Shown piece by piece: positions 52,466-64,000 of a stretch of 64,000 nt of DNA. Origin of the DNA: Octopus sinensis (Eukaryota); assembly GCF_006345805.1 (NCBI RefSeq), contig NC_043015.1:50344001-50408000 (forward strand), in the 5' to 3' direction. Made by a program: the position numbers and the translations under genes. How positions within the stretch are numbered: the stretch's first letter is position 1; each line of letters opens with the position of its first letter. The notes beneath the pieces are model-generated. The model was given only the letters and a program-made list of their open reading frames with translations. It was not told the origin of the DNA and made no database searches.

Positions 52466-54217
52466 AAAACAGTTAACTCCCACTTATTTCCAGTACAGAA
52501 AAATTTAAATTTAAAACAGAAATTTAAAGAAAAAAAAACAAAATACATAATTACAAAATAATTATATTACACTGGACGAGATAGTCAAATAGATTGTCAT
52601 TAGGAATGGCACTAAACATCATTAATAAACAAAAGACAGTTAATGAGAATTACAAAAACCACCACCACCACCACCACCATCACCGTTGTCATCATCATTG
52701 TTGTTATTTTAACATCTATGTTTCCATGACAGCATGGGTTAGATGGAATTTGTTGAGGCAGAGTTTTTTTTTTTACAGCTGAGTGTTCTTCCCGTTGCCA
52801 ACCCTTACTTGTTTCCATGTAATATTTCCAAAGTGGCAAGCTGGCAGAATTGTTAGCACACTGGGCAATAATGATGCTTAGCGGCATTTCATCTGTTTTT
52901 ACTTTCTGAGTTCAAATTCTGCTGAGGTCGACTTTGCCTTTCATCCAGGATATTAATCGTCTGGAAGCCGTTCAGTGACGTGCAACCAAAAGAATACCCT
53001 CCATCAGGCATTTGCCATATTCTAAACGCCTTACTTCCCTGGGCATGGAGACATTGAAACTCCGACGTCTGGCAGCTGACTTGGCAGACACCCATAAAAT
53101 TATTAACCATCTTACAAACAATAACTCTGAGCACCTTTTCAAACTCCACCTGTCTAGCACCCGTGGACATATTTACAAAGTCAGAAAACAGCACAGCTCT
53201 CATAACTTTAGGAAACATTTTTCCACGCTGAGAGTTGCTGAAGCATGGAACAAACTGCCGGCATCAGTTGTTAGTTGTCAGAGCACTGCATCCTTCAAAA
53301 CTTCCATGCTTCCTGAGATTCGCCAATACTACACCTGATTTTCTCCCCTCCATACACACACAAGCATGTATCTGACTCATACACTGTTTGCTTTCCAGAC
53401 ATTTGTACATTACTGCATACACTTTATACGCACTTTCTGACAAGTTGTGGTGCACCTGAGCACTGTATACAATAATTTCATTATTATTATATTATTATTT
53501 ATCCTTTTTGGAGGTTGATAAAATAAGTACCAGTTGAACACTGGGGGTCATAATCAATTTAACCCCTTTCCTGAAATAGCTGGCCTTTTTGCCTACATTT
53601 GAAATCAGTATTTTCTCATGGTCCGGTCTTAATAGACAAAAAGACAGTTAATGAAAAACACAAAATTACCCACATCATCATTATCATCATCATTTTAATG
53701 TCCACTTTCCAAGTTTGTATGGGTCAGACAGAATTTGTTGAGGCAGATTTTTTTTACAACTGGATGCCTTTCCTGTTGCCAACCCACCTCTATTTCCAAG
53801 CAAGGTAATATTTCCACATGGACAGACACGTTTTTCCACAAAACAGTTAACTCCCACTTATTTCCAGTACAGAAAAATTAAAATTTAAAACAGAAATTTA
53901 AAGAAAAAAAAAACAAAATACATAATTACAAAATAATTATATTACACTGGACGAGATCGTCAAATAGATTGTCATTAGGAATGGCACTAAACATCATTAA
54001 TAAACAAAAGACAGTAAATGAGAATTACAAAAACCACCACCACTACCACCACCCACATCATCATCATCATCATCTTAATGTCCACTTTCCAAGTTTGTAT
54101 GGGTCAGACAGAATTTGCTGAGGCAAATTTTTTTTACAACTGGATGCTCTTCCTGTTGCCAACCCACCTCTATTTCCAAGCAAGGTAATATTTCCACATG
54201 GACAGACACGTTTTTAC
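52466..54217. repeat. Mosaic local duplication (A...B-A-B)
   Basis: Block A 52466-~52680 recurs at 53840-~54050. Block B ~53635-53838 recurs at ~54000-54217. Confidence 0.85.
52947..53500 (+). mobile_element. 5'-truncated CR1-clade LINE inserted in a family B SINE
   Basis: INRLEAVQ*RATKRIPSIRHLPYSKRLTSLGMETLKLRRLAADL..THKII...TRGH.YK......RKHFSTLRVAEAWNKLP..VVS..S..SFK is a CR1 ORF2 C-terminus. (ATT)n tail. The host SINE is split at CATCC|TTT with ATCC duplicated. Confidence 0.88.
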
Positions 54218-54355
54218 CACAAAAGACTGGAAACAGACAATATAACTGGTATGAAACTGTTGCTTGCTCACAACTATCACATGATGTCAAGACAAGGCAC
54301 AAACAACAGACTCACACAATCACTTGTATAGAAAGTGCTTCTTTCTGTCAATACC

Positions 54356-54842
54356 TATTTCTTTACTACCCACAAGAGGCTAAACACAGCGGGGACAAAC
54401 AAGGACAGACAAATGGATTAAGTCAATTACATCAACCCCAGTATGTAACTGGTACTTAAAATATGGACCACAAGGCGGCGAGCTGGCAGAAACGTTAGCA
54501 AGCCGGGCAAAATGCTTAGCGGTATTTCGTCTGTCGTTACGTTGTGAGTTCAAATTCCGCCGAGGTCGACTTTGCCTTTCATCCTTTTGGGGTCGATAAA
54601 ATAAGTACCAGTTACGCACTGGGGTTGATGTAATCGACTTAATGCATATGTCTGTCCTTGTTTGTCCCCTCTATGTTTAGCCCTTGTGGTTAATAAAGAA
54701 ATAGGTACTTAATTTATCGACCTCGGAAGGATGAAAGGCAAAGTCAACCTCGGCGGAATTTGAGCTCAGAACGTAACGGCAGATGAAATACCGCTAAGCA
54801 TTTCGCTCAGCGTGCTAATAACTCTGCCAGCTCGCTGCCTTT
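54356..54842. mobile_element. Family B SINE (-) with a second family B SINE (+, 54460-54703) nested inside it
   Basis: Outer TSD CTTTCTGTCAATACC (54341-54355 / 54839-54853). Inner TSD GGTACTTAA (54451-54459 / 54704-54712). Confidence 0.88.
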
Positions 54843-54843
54843 C

Positions 54844-54951
54844 TGTCAATACCATGTATCTGACACAAGCCCAGATGCAAACTAAATGCATATAGCCATA
54901 GATAGCAATTTAGCTTGCGTCTGGCCTTCTTTCAGGTACATGGTATTGACA
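54844..54951. other. Long imperfect hairpin (46-bp stem)
   Basis: Arms 54844-54889 and 54905-54951: 40 Watson-Crick pairs, 2 G-U, 4 mismatches and 1 bulge on the + strand; 15-nt loop. Confidence 0.85.
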
Positions 54952-55479
54952 AGTCAGAAAAATGATGAAACATCAATATTTACTGCTCCTGTAACAGGGC
55001 CTGATGTGAGTTATCTCACTTGTCTATGAGTTCCAGGTGTTTTAACCTCAGGCAAATTGATGAGAATATAATCTCTTACACCCATAAATCGCAGCCTGCC
55101 CACGAACTGGCAAAACTCATACATTGTGTATGTGTGATTGATAGTGTTTGTATCCCTTGATCGGCTTCTCGTTCATATTTGAATTTTTTCTGTGGTGTAA
55201 AATGTTGGGACATACCAGCACATGGATCCAACACCATTTTGCATAGAGCCATAGATAGCAGTTTAGCTTGCATCTAGCCTTGTTTCAGGCACGTGGTATT
55301 GACAAGTCACAAAAATGACAAAACATCAATTTCTACTACTCCTGTAATGGGACCTGATGCAAGTTATCTCCCTTGACTATGACTTCCAAGTCTTTTAACA
55401 CCAGGTGAATTGATGAGAGTATCTTCTCTTATGTCTATAAATCGCTGCCTGCCCATGAACTGGCACAATACATACATTG
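54888..55479. repeat. Diverged ~240-bp direct duplication (period 353)
   Basis: 54888-55126 and 55241-55479 are colinear, roughly 80% identical by eye. Confidence 0.85.
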
Positions 55480-55624
55480 GCATTAAGAAGGGCATCCAGC
55501 TGTAGAAACTCTGCCAGATCAGATTGGAGCCTGGTGCAGCCATCTGGTTCGCCAGTCCACAGTCAAATCGTCCAACCCATGCTAGCATGGAAAGCGGACA
55601 TTAAATGATGATGATGATGATGTG

Positions 55625-55668
<44 letters not shown>

Positions 55669-57403
55669 TGTGTGTGTGTGTATATATGTATGCATATATA
55701 TGTTATGTATCATATATATATATATATGTATGTATATATATACACACATATATATATATACACACGCACATATATAGTCATATATGAATATATACATTCA
55801 TAGATTAATGCATATATACACACACATATACATATATACACACATACACACACACACACTCACATATGCACACACACACACAGAGAATTCTATTGAGTAA
55901 GTGTTTTTCAGTTTTGCTTTAAAGAATTGAGCTGGTGGATGGACTAAACATGGCTGCAGGCCACATGTTTGACACTTACAAATTGAAGCGATTCGCAAGA
56001 AAAGACATACAGACAGTGAAAACACTGAATTATTTATATAGTAATTTATTTCTGACAGTGTTTAAAATTTGTTTTATATTCTTGAGGCAGGAATAATACA
56101 TTTTTGTTAGTGACTGTTTTAAAACAACGTATGGGGCATCAAATGCTTAAAGTATGATATGCTACTCTCAGCGCAATTTATCTGCAACGTACGAAATGCA
56201 ACTGTTCTTTATATATAACTATTTTAGGTTGTATAAAACCCCTTATATAATAAAACTCTTGTTCCAATATCCAGTAACTTTTATTCGTCTTTTATTCTAT
56301 CAGGTGGGGGGGGGCATCCATTTTAGTAAGGGGAATAAATGGAAAATAATTTATTTTCTGTTCTTTATAAATTTTTTTTTTACTCTTATTTTTATTTTTT
56401 GGTCAATACAGCATTCATGAATATGTATTGTGTACTTGAATATTTGGTGCTAAAGGCAACCAAATCATGTATTGATTTATGAAAACGGTTTCTTTGCACA
56501 AAAAAGACTATCTGAACATGATTACAAAGTTATTGGCATAGAATAGTTGATATAGAGTTCAACTAGAGAGCAACAGATATAATTATTGTATAGCTTTGTC
56601 AATGCAGAGTTGAACAGTAGAGAAACAAATAGAATTGAAGAACAGTTGCTGGTATAGATTGCTTTGGTTTACAATTGAAACACTATGTGACGAACATAAT
56701 TACAAATCTATCGGTACAGCCAGGTTACTGCATGGAGCAAAAAGAGCAATAAAAATTAATTACCAATTTTTGTATAGCGCTTAGAGAATATGAAACTGAA
56801 TAGTTGAGCAATAAACCTAAATGACAACAATACCAGTGTTTAACATTTAGAACACAAAAATAAAACAGCCTTTAGTTTGGTGTATTTTACAAGTTTTGTC
56901 TAATTTATTTATGATAGTGGATTGAATCTGTGTAACTTATCTGCTTAGTTAATGAGGTAATACTCTTATCTTCGTTAGCATCAACCACAGAGTCTGAAAC
57001 TGATATAACGAGTATATTGTATACTGTTGCAGGAATTCTTACATGTGTATTCAATATGTTTAAATAAATACTTTTATAGGTTAAAACAATATCTTATTTC
57101 TAACCAAAATATTTGGAAATCTCTAAAGTATTTCACGATTTTCTTTCTTTCTTTTTATTATTTTTTTTTGTTTTGAAAGTTTGTAAGTTTTCTCAATGAC
57201 TAACAAAATGAAAATAATTATGAAACATAAACAAAGAAGGAATAATTTCTGTGGGTTAAGTTTAAAATGATAGTGAAATGTTTTGGTAACTAGGATACTA
57301 ATAGCAAGAGGCTTTCAGGAGATTGCAATTACTCTGAAGAGAAAAAAATTTTTTAATCCTTCTGAAGGTTGTTGTAGAACAACTGAATATCAGGCCCAAG
57401 GCT

Positions 57404-57965
57404 TCAACCATTTACCATTTAAAATGGCCATATGTGACCCAAATATTCTACATGTTTTATGTTCAAACTGGCCAGATCTGGCCTCTCAAACCTACCCTAA
57501 AATGTCATCCTAAAAAAAAGCAATCACATCATTGAAACCTCTCAACTATGAGATTGAAACCCCCTTTGAAACTGACCGTGGGATTGCACCTAAAAGTTAC
57601 CCTCCGAGACACAAGTCTGGGCAAGGTTGTTTATGGAAGACCAGCAGTGGCCCATGCATACCGGCCTCCCCTCTCCATGCCACCAGTGTTATCCAAAGGA
57701 AAGGCAAAGGCCGATACAGCTTGGCACCTGTGATGTCGCAACTCATTTCTACAGCTGAGTGAACTGGAACAACGTGAAATAAAGTGTCTTGCTCAAGAAC
57801 ACAACACAGCCCAGTCCGGGATTTGAACTCACAACCTCAGGATCATAAACTCGACGCTCTAACCACTCAGCCATGTGCCTTCACTATGAGCTAATGTAAG
57901 ATTAATTCAAAACAATGTAAATAAATAAGCATTATATTTGACTGAGTAATTTGCTAAAGGGTTAA
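57404..57965 (+). mobile_element. piggyBac-like MITE with a nested family D SINE (57553-57882, -)
   Basis: Ends (T)CAA-CCATTT ... GCTAAAGGG-TTAA. The SINE is flanked by TSD ACTATGAG (57545-57552 / 57883-57890). Confidence 0.75.
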
Positions 57966-58117
57966 ATATACCAAACTTCAGTCCATTCTATGACCATTTG
58001 ATAAATAGCCATGTAATCATTGGTCATTGTTGTTGGTCAAGGTGAGACTTGACAGAGCAGACATGGTACAAGATGCTTCATTCATAGCCATCTTCAGATT
58101 TTTTCCCAGGTATAATA

Positions 58118-58326
58118 CAGTAATCCCTCACCATATCATGATTTATTATTTAAGCTTACGTCAATCCCTCTGTGGTGTTGTTTTGCATTTATAATAAAAT
58201 AAATATATACAAATTATAAAGATAATAAAAAAAAATAAACAGTACAGTACCGTTTCTACTTTACGGATTTTCACTTATCGCAGGGTTTTTTGGAACATAA
58301 CACCTGCAATAGTCGAGAGGTTACTG
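58118..58326. mobile_element. Tigger/pogo-type MITE
   Basis: TA TSD; terminal inverted repeats CAGTAATCCCTC / GAGAGGTTACTG. Confidence 0.7.
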
Positions 58327-58515
58327 TATATCTTGGACTATATTATCAATGTGTACTTTCTGTTTTAAGACAGTAAAGCTGGCAGGTATTTCTTCTAAAT
58401 CAAGCAACCGTGAAGCGAATCATCATTGACTAGACGTAGTCATCTTCTGAGTTGGGAGCAGGGTGATAGTAAGGGCATACGACTTTGGCTTGGCTGTCCA
58501 GTACATTTATACATA

Positions 58516-59036
58516 CCATAAATTCTCGAGTATAGTCTGCCCTTGAGTATAATACACAGGGGATTTTTAGGGGGCTGTACCTCTGAAAAACCTAAGCCTT
58601 GTATATAATACGCACCCTTTCTCTAACTCGAGTCAAGGAGGTCTATATAACGTCCTTGGTTTGTAAAAATGTATACGGTAACGTCCTTTATTATTATTGT
58701 ATATATAACATAATGCAAACGTGTAGCTTTTTTGTGCACTTTGTTTGCAGAAAATAAAGAAATAACAGTAATAATAGTAGTAACTTTTAAAAAATGTTGC
58801 TTACTGCAAGTTATAGATGATTCTTTTATGACTTCATTGCTTTCAGGCTTAGCTTAAGGTATTTTCACACCCAACATCACAAAATGCATCTGAATAAACA
58901 TTGCTGGACAGCAAATAGGGACTCAGGCATTGCTTAGAAAATATTCTTCATTTTTAACCTCGTATATAGTACGCACTAGGGATTTTGACCTTTAAAGTTT
59001 GGGAAAAAAATGCGGATTATACTCGAGAATTTACGG
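58516..59036. mobile_element. Tc2/pogo-type MITE
   Basis: TA TSD at 58514-58515 and 59037-59038; terminal inverted repeats CCATAAATTCTCGAGTATAGTCTGC / GCGGATTATACTCGAGAATTTACGG. Confidence 0.85.
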
Positions 59037-59257
59037 TAATCAAAAGCCATGGGGACAACCATAATTAAGTAGATAAAATCTAAGTAGAATCCATTGCTTC
59101 AAGACATTATCGGTTCCCTAGCATTGATCATAAATTAGATAAATGAGAATTCATTGGTAATTTGTGTACAATCTACCATATATAGGAAAATCTAACCTTC
59201 AAGACATCAAGAATTTCAAGAAGGACTGCAGATAAGTAGTTCTTTCTTTGGCTTCAG

Positions 59258-59275
59258 AAACTGAACTGATGTCAG
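59258..59275 (+). CDS. Candidate 18-nt microexon
   Basis: TTCTTTCTTTGGCTTCAG|AAACTGAACTGATGTCAG|GTGAGT. Only the phase 1-1 frame (xTELMSx) is open. Confidence 0.22.
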
Positions 59276-59474
59276 GTGAGTGCACCACTGTCAAAGGTTT
59301 TGGTCATCAATCTTAGCGGTCAGTTTGTAATTTGTTCAGAGGTAAAGGAAATTATAATCTAGATGACCAGGAATAATTTATGTCACAGGTAATTGCTCCT
59401 AAAAGGTTTTCTTTTCTTCCAAATAAATCTTTACAACCAGATTCTATATGTTAAGAACATACCGTAATGATATG

Positions 59475-59955
59475 GTTTATATGTGTGTATGTGTGTGTTT
59501 GTGTGTGTGTGTGGGGGGGGCATGCATGTGTGTGTTTGTGTGCATGTGTGTTTGTGTGTGTATGCATATATGTGTGTGTGTGAGTGTGCTTGTGCATGTG
59601 TATGTGTATGTATATGTGTGTGTTTGTGTGTGTGTGTGCATATATATATATGTGTTTGTGTGTGTATGTGTGTGTCAATGTATGTGTGCATATGTATGTG
59701 AATGTGTATGTGTGTGTGTGTGCATATATGTGTGTATGCTTGTGTGTGTATGTGTGTGTCTGTATGTCTGTATATGTGTGTGTGTGTGCATATATGTGTG
59801 TATGCTTGTGTGTGTATGTGTGTGTCTGTATGTCTGTATATGTGTGTGTGTGCATATATGTGTGTATGCTTGTGTGTGTATGTGTGTGTCTGTATGTCTG
59901 TATATGTGTGTGTATGTGAGTGTGAATGTGTGTGTGTGTGTGTGTGTGCATGCAT
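59475..59955. repeat. (TG)n field with ~60-bp higher-order repeat (three copies, ~59705-59900)
   Basis: GCATATATGTGTGTATGCTTGTGTGTGTATGTGTGTGTCTGTATGTCTGTATAT repeated. Confidence 0.9.
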
Positions 59956-60324
59956 GAAGCAAATCAATTACAAAAAAGGCAAAATAAAATACAAACAACA
60001 AAAGCTTTGGGGACATTCACATTTGGTATCATTAGGGTGAGACTCAAAGAAGGGAAAAAGAAGAGATGAACCAGAGGGTTCTGCCCAGTTCTATATCTGC
60101 TTTGGCAAGGCTTTTACAGCTGGATGCCCTCCAGCCACCGGATGCCAGCTACTCAACAGAGTGTGCTCACTGCTTTTTTTACATGGCACCAGCACCAGTG
60201 AGGTTGCCAAATACCCACAAGATAAGACCCCTCAATTGAGCAAGTTGTAGACAGGAGGAATAAGGAACTATGATTGATGGAGAGGAACAGGTGAATACAT
60301 AGCTTGCTTACCTGTAAAGTGAGT

Positions 60325-60463
<139 letters not shown>

Positions 60464-61705
60464 GGTCCAGTCACATTTCAAGAAATTAAGAACTGATAAC
60501 CAATTTTCATGAAATTAAGTGACATTGTTAAGGAGAATATCTGATCTTGGTTTGCAGGCAGGGGAGACAACTATGAACATGTTTTGATGCTACTAATCCA
60601 CATCAGCATATTACAATCTACTCAAGCTTGTTGGGATTTTGTTGATCTCTTTTTTTTTTTAAACACTACATAAAGAGTTCCATGCATTTTTGTCTGGTAT
60701 AATTTGTGTAGCAAAATAACTCTGCGATGATATACAGCTTCCCTTCCTCGATTCTTTTATTACCACCACTACTAGCACCACCACCTCCAGTTTCATTCCT
60801 CACTATCATTACTGCCATTCAACATCATCAAATTACCCCATGCCAGCACGACCACTTTTATCTGCATCATCACCACCACCACCACCACCATCACCACCAC
60901 CGTCACCGCCACTGCCGCCAACACCACCACCACCACCACCACCACCATCAACCATTATCATCGTCATTAACATTCCTGTGCCCTCACAACCTGCTGCTCC
61001 TGCAATTACCAAGTACCTCTTCCTGCCTTCCCACCACGACCACCACCACCACCACTACCACCATCATTATCATTAGCATCCCTATGCCTTCACCCCACCA
61101 CCACCACCACCACCACCACCACCATCACCATTAATATCAACATTCCCATACCACCACCACCACCACACCACCACCACCCACCACCACCACCACCACTACC
61201 ACCACCATCATCATTATCAAGTATCAGTAATTTAAAGTAGCTAATTTGATATAATGTAACAGATTTTTAGCTAATTGAACAGAGATTTCTGTGAATAATG
61301 AGGAAAACTTGTTGCATGTGTAATAATCTCTATGTGATGTAATTAACAAAATGAGGAATTGCCACCAAAAAGTGGTCCTATTTAGAGGTAAGTAATTTCA
61401 TTAAAAATAGATTAGACTGTTGTTCTTCAAAGCGGGGTCCCTGCACCACTGGTAGGAGCATGGTACTATTTTAGCAGAGCATGGGTGACTTCAGAAAGGG
61501 GTGTATGTAAGTAAGGAATGAGTGGATACAATCTGCAATAAAATTTTATTTAAAACTTCTCTTGTATGTGTTTGTGTGCATGTTATGGGTTCAGTCCCAC
61601 TGCATGGCACCTTGGGCAAGTAGCTTCTACTGTAGCCTCGGGCCGATCAAAGTCTTGTGAGTGGATTTGGTAGAGAGAAACTGAAAGAAGGCCATTATAT
61701 ATATA

Positions 61706-62582
61706 TAGTGTTTCCCCCGAAAATAAGACTTGCTCTGAAAATAACCCCTATCATGATTTTTTCAGGATGTTTTTAATATAAACCCTACCCTGAAAATAAG
61801 ACCAAGTCAAAAATGCATTGGTTTGTTAGCAAGACCATGTGATGTTTGCAAAATAAATCAACTACCGCAGCTTGGCTAAAGTCTGTGCTGAGCAGAGTAT
61901 AATAATCTCAGCAGACAGGTGGATGAGGAAAGTGCTAAGAAGCACAAGTATGGATCAGGTTGACAACCGTTATTTTTGGAGCTGGAGGATATCACTTCAC
62001 GATGAATTGCTGACAGAAGAACAAAGGCTTTGGTCGTTTACCCTGGGCTGATATTCAAGAATTTGCTCTTGCAATGGCACCACAGTTGGATATACCCCCC
62101 AGAGATATTCAAAGCATCATCTCATTGGTTGGATAACTTCCTTTGGCAATATGAGCTCTCTCTAAGATCGACAAAACTATTTAGGCTGGAGGATTCTGAA
62201 GTGATTCAACGTACACTTGCATTCAAGTCCTTCATTGATGGAACCGACTTTTCTAAATACAATCTTTCCAATATAATTGCTATGGATGAGACCACAGTAT
62301 TTATGGGCCAAGGATCTAAAACAACAATTGAACAGACAGGTGCCTCGTCAATCTATGTTGCTTCAACGGATTACGAATGTGCAAGATGTACTTGCATTTT
62401 AGCAATTCGTCTTGATGGAACAAAAGTCCCACTGCTTATCACAAAGGGCAAAAAAAAAAAGAAACAAGAAAACAGAATGAGTTTTGGGCATTTATGTCTG
62501 TCCTTAAAATGGAAAAGGCTTGGTGCACACAAACCGTTATAAGGAAATGGGTTGATTTAACTATACCACTTATTTTACATGG
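61706..62582 (+). pseudogene. Decayed pogo-superfamily transposon (CENP-B HTH plus DDE_1 remnant), 3'-truncated
   Basis: Left end GTGTTTCCCCCGAAAATAAGAC in (TA)n. Frameshifted G*QPLFLELED...IADRRTKAL / IQEFALAM...FKASSHWLDNF...LSLR...NIIAMDETTVF...CTCILAIRLDGTKVPLLITKGK / EKAWCTQTVIRKW. Cut off by the P1 fragment. Confidence 0.88.
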
Positions 62583-62765
62583 TTCAGAAAAAGCAATGAA
62601 GACAGCCCTTAGAATTTAAATTGATTAAAATTAATTAAAAATACATAAAGCAGTGAGGAGTGAGTTTTTTCTTTTATTATAATACAGAGATAACCATGAG
62701 AATGTTTCAGCCCTGTGGAACCTCATCAGCAACACACAATCTAACTGTTATTGCAGTTTTTCTCA
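62579..62765 (-). mobile_element. Penelope-like fragment, family P1, second copy
   Basis: Minus strand GTTG-CTGATGA-GGTTCCACAGGGCT-GAAA-CATTCTC; colinear with 51826-52013. Confidence 0.65.
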
Positions 62766-63375
62766 TCCCTCTTATATGTATGTAATATAATTTTTCTGAA
62801 TCTTCAGATTTTTCTATATGCTAGACCACTGGTTTTAAATTGATATTAATCAAATTAATATTCAATTTTTCACCCTTATTATTTTAAATTTAAGTTAAAA
62901 TAACTATGTTCTCTAACCGGCAAAATTAACTGCAGAGAATTATTTTCTGCAGAATTATTTCCGGTATTTTGGTGCACCAAAGTGAAGACTTTTGAAATAT
63001 AACTCCAAATGTAATTGGTAGAACTATATACATGTTCAATCTCATGCGGACGTCTCTTGTATAGTTCTGCATATTATATTTTGCTATGACGATCACATTG
63101 CCGAGCTGCAGATATCTATGTAAGTGATTACATAAGTGGTAACAACGAAAGTAGTTTGTGATTAATCTATATATTTTGTATCTTTTCATTTGTCTTGCTC
63201 GCTTACGTTTTGGCGTTCGCTATATTTTCTTGAGAACATTCCTTTCTTAGTGGTAAGACAATAGAGGGTCAACTTCTAGCATAATGAACGTCTACTTAGT
63301 GGTCATTCTCCCTTATATGCATGTTATATATATATATTATATATATATATATAATATATATATAATATATATATC

Positions 63376-63521
63376 TTTGTTTTATCTGTGTACCTTTCTG
63401 TAGAAGAGCGAAGGCTCGAAACGTAAAAGACTTTTTCTATTCCTGAGCATTATACAAATACATCTGTTTGTTTTGTACACCACCTGTCTTCGTCTTTTGT
63501 TGTTTTTTCGTAAACTCTCCC
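63376..63521 (+). mobile_element. Penelope-like fragment, family P2, second copy, with variant hammerhead-like motif (63394-63429)
   Basis: CTTT-CTGTAGA-A-GAGC-GAAG-GCTC-GAAA-CGT-A-AAAG; ends GTAAACTCTCCC then (TA)n. Confidence 0.65.
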
Positions 63522-63554
63522 TATATATATATTATATATACTATATATATATAA

Positions 63555-63615
<61 letters not shown>

Positions 63616-64000
63616 TAGATAGATAGATATGAATGTGTGTGTATATGTGAGTGAGAGAACTAGAGAGATAGAGATAGAGATAGATAGATAGATAGATAGA
63701 GATAGAGAGAGAGAGAGAGAGAAAGAGGGGAGTATAAACATTGGTGAGAAAATTAATAAACTGGTGTTTTTGGACAGAAAAGGCCTTGTATGGTTTTTTC
63801 TGTGTTTTGACACGCACCCATGTGATTTCCCACATAATATAACCTGTGGTAATGATTGGTCGATTGGGTTGGGGGAGGAGAAGACGTCTGTGACCTATGA
63901 TGTTATTGATTACAATAATGTTATTGATCACAAACTGTAATATGAAAGAAAACAGATAAAATAATGGACGTTTTTGATTGAAACGAAAACAAAATATGTT

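Noticed and set aside
61415-62850. Possible large hAT element enclosing the pogo remnant
   Set aside because: The two hAT-like ends (~61420 and ~62825) point the same way and no matching TSD is visible.

Overview
AT-rich, repeat-dominated eukaryotic DNA, probably intronic or intergenic. The dense (TA)n/(CA)n/(GA)n/(GATA)n/(TAA)n microsatellites, at least six recurring tRNA-headed or LINE-tailed SINE families, and Dong/R4, CR1 and Penelope-like remnants are what I would expect of an Octopus genome. That assignment is an inference from repeat content, not a database result. No intact, recognisable host protein-coding gene is present, and almost every ORF in the supplied track is a translated microsatellite or SINE. 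The only convincing protein homology is to decayed transposon proteins: a mariner C-terminus (19.4-19.55 kb), a DD41D-like Tc1/mariner (28.2-28.8 kb), a Dong/R4 endonuclease (45.5-45.95 kb), a CR1 ORF2 C-terminus (52.95-53.35 kb) and a pogo-family transposase (61.9-62.6 kb). The most interesting signals are structural. (1) Five short hammerhead-ribozyme-like motifs of three designs sit in Penelope-like remnants; one design has a non-canonical CUGUAGA+A core in two copies. (2) Two unrelated Tc1/mariner elements are each rebuilt as a fold-back of their own 3' end. (3) One SINE family forms head-truncated multimers with a shared junction inside a single target-site duplication (TSD). (4) A SINE has seeded a 9 x 106-bp tandem array. 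(5) A locally generated 46-bp-stem hairpin overlaps one of two duplicated exon-like units. A few splice-flanked candidate exons, including an 18-nt microexon, are listed at low confidence. SINE family letters A-G are my own labels. SINE and microsatellite boundaries are approximate; TSD, terminal-repeat and motif coordinates were counted by hand.
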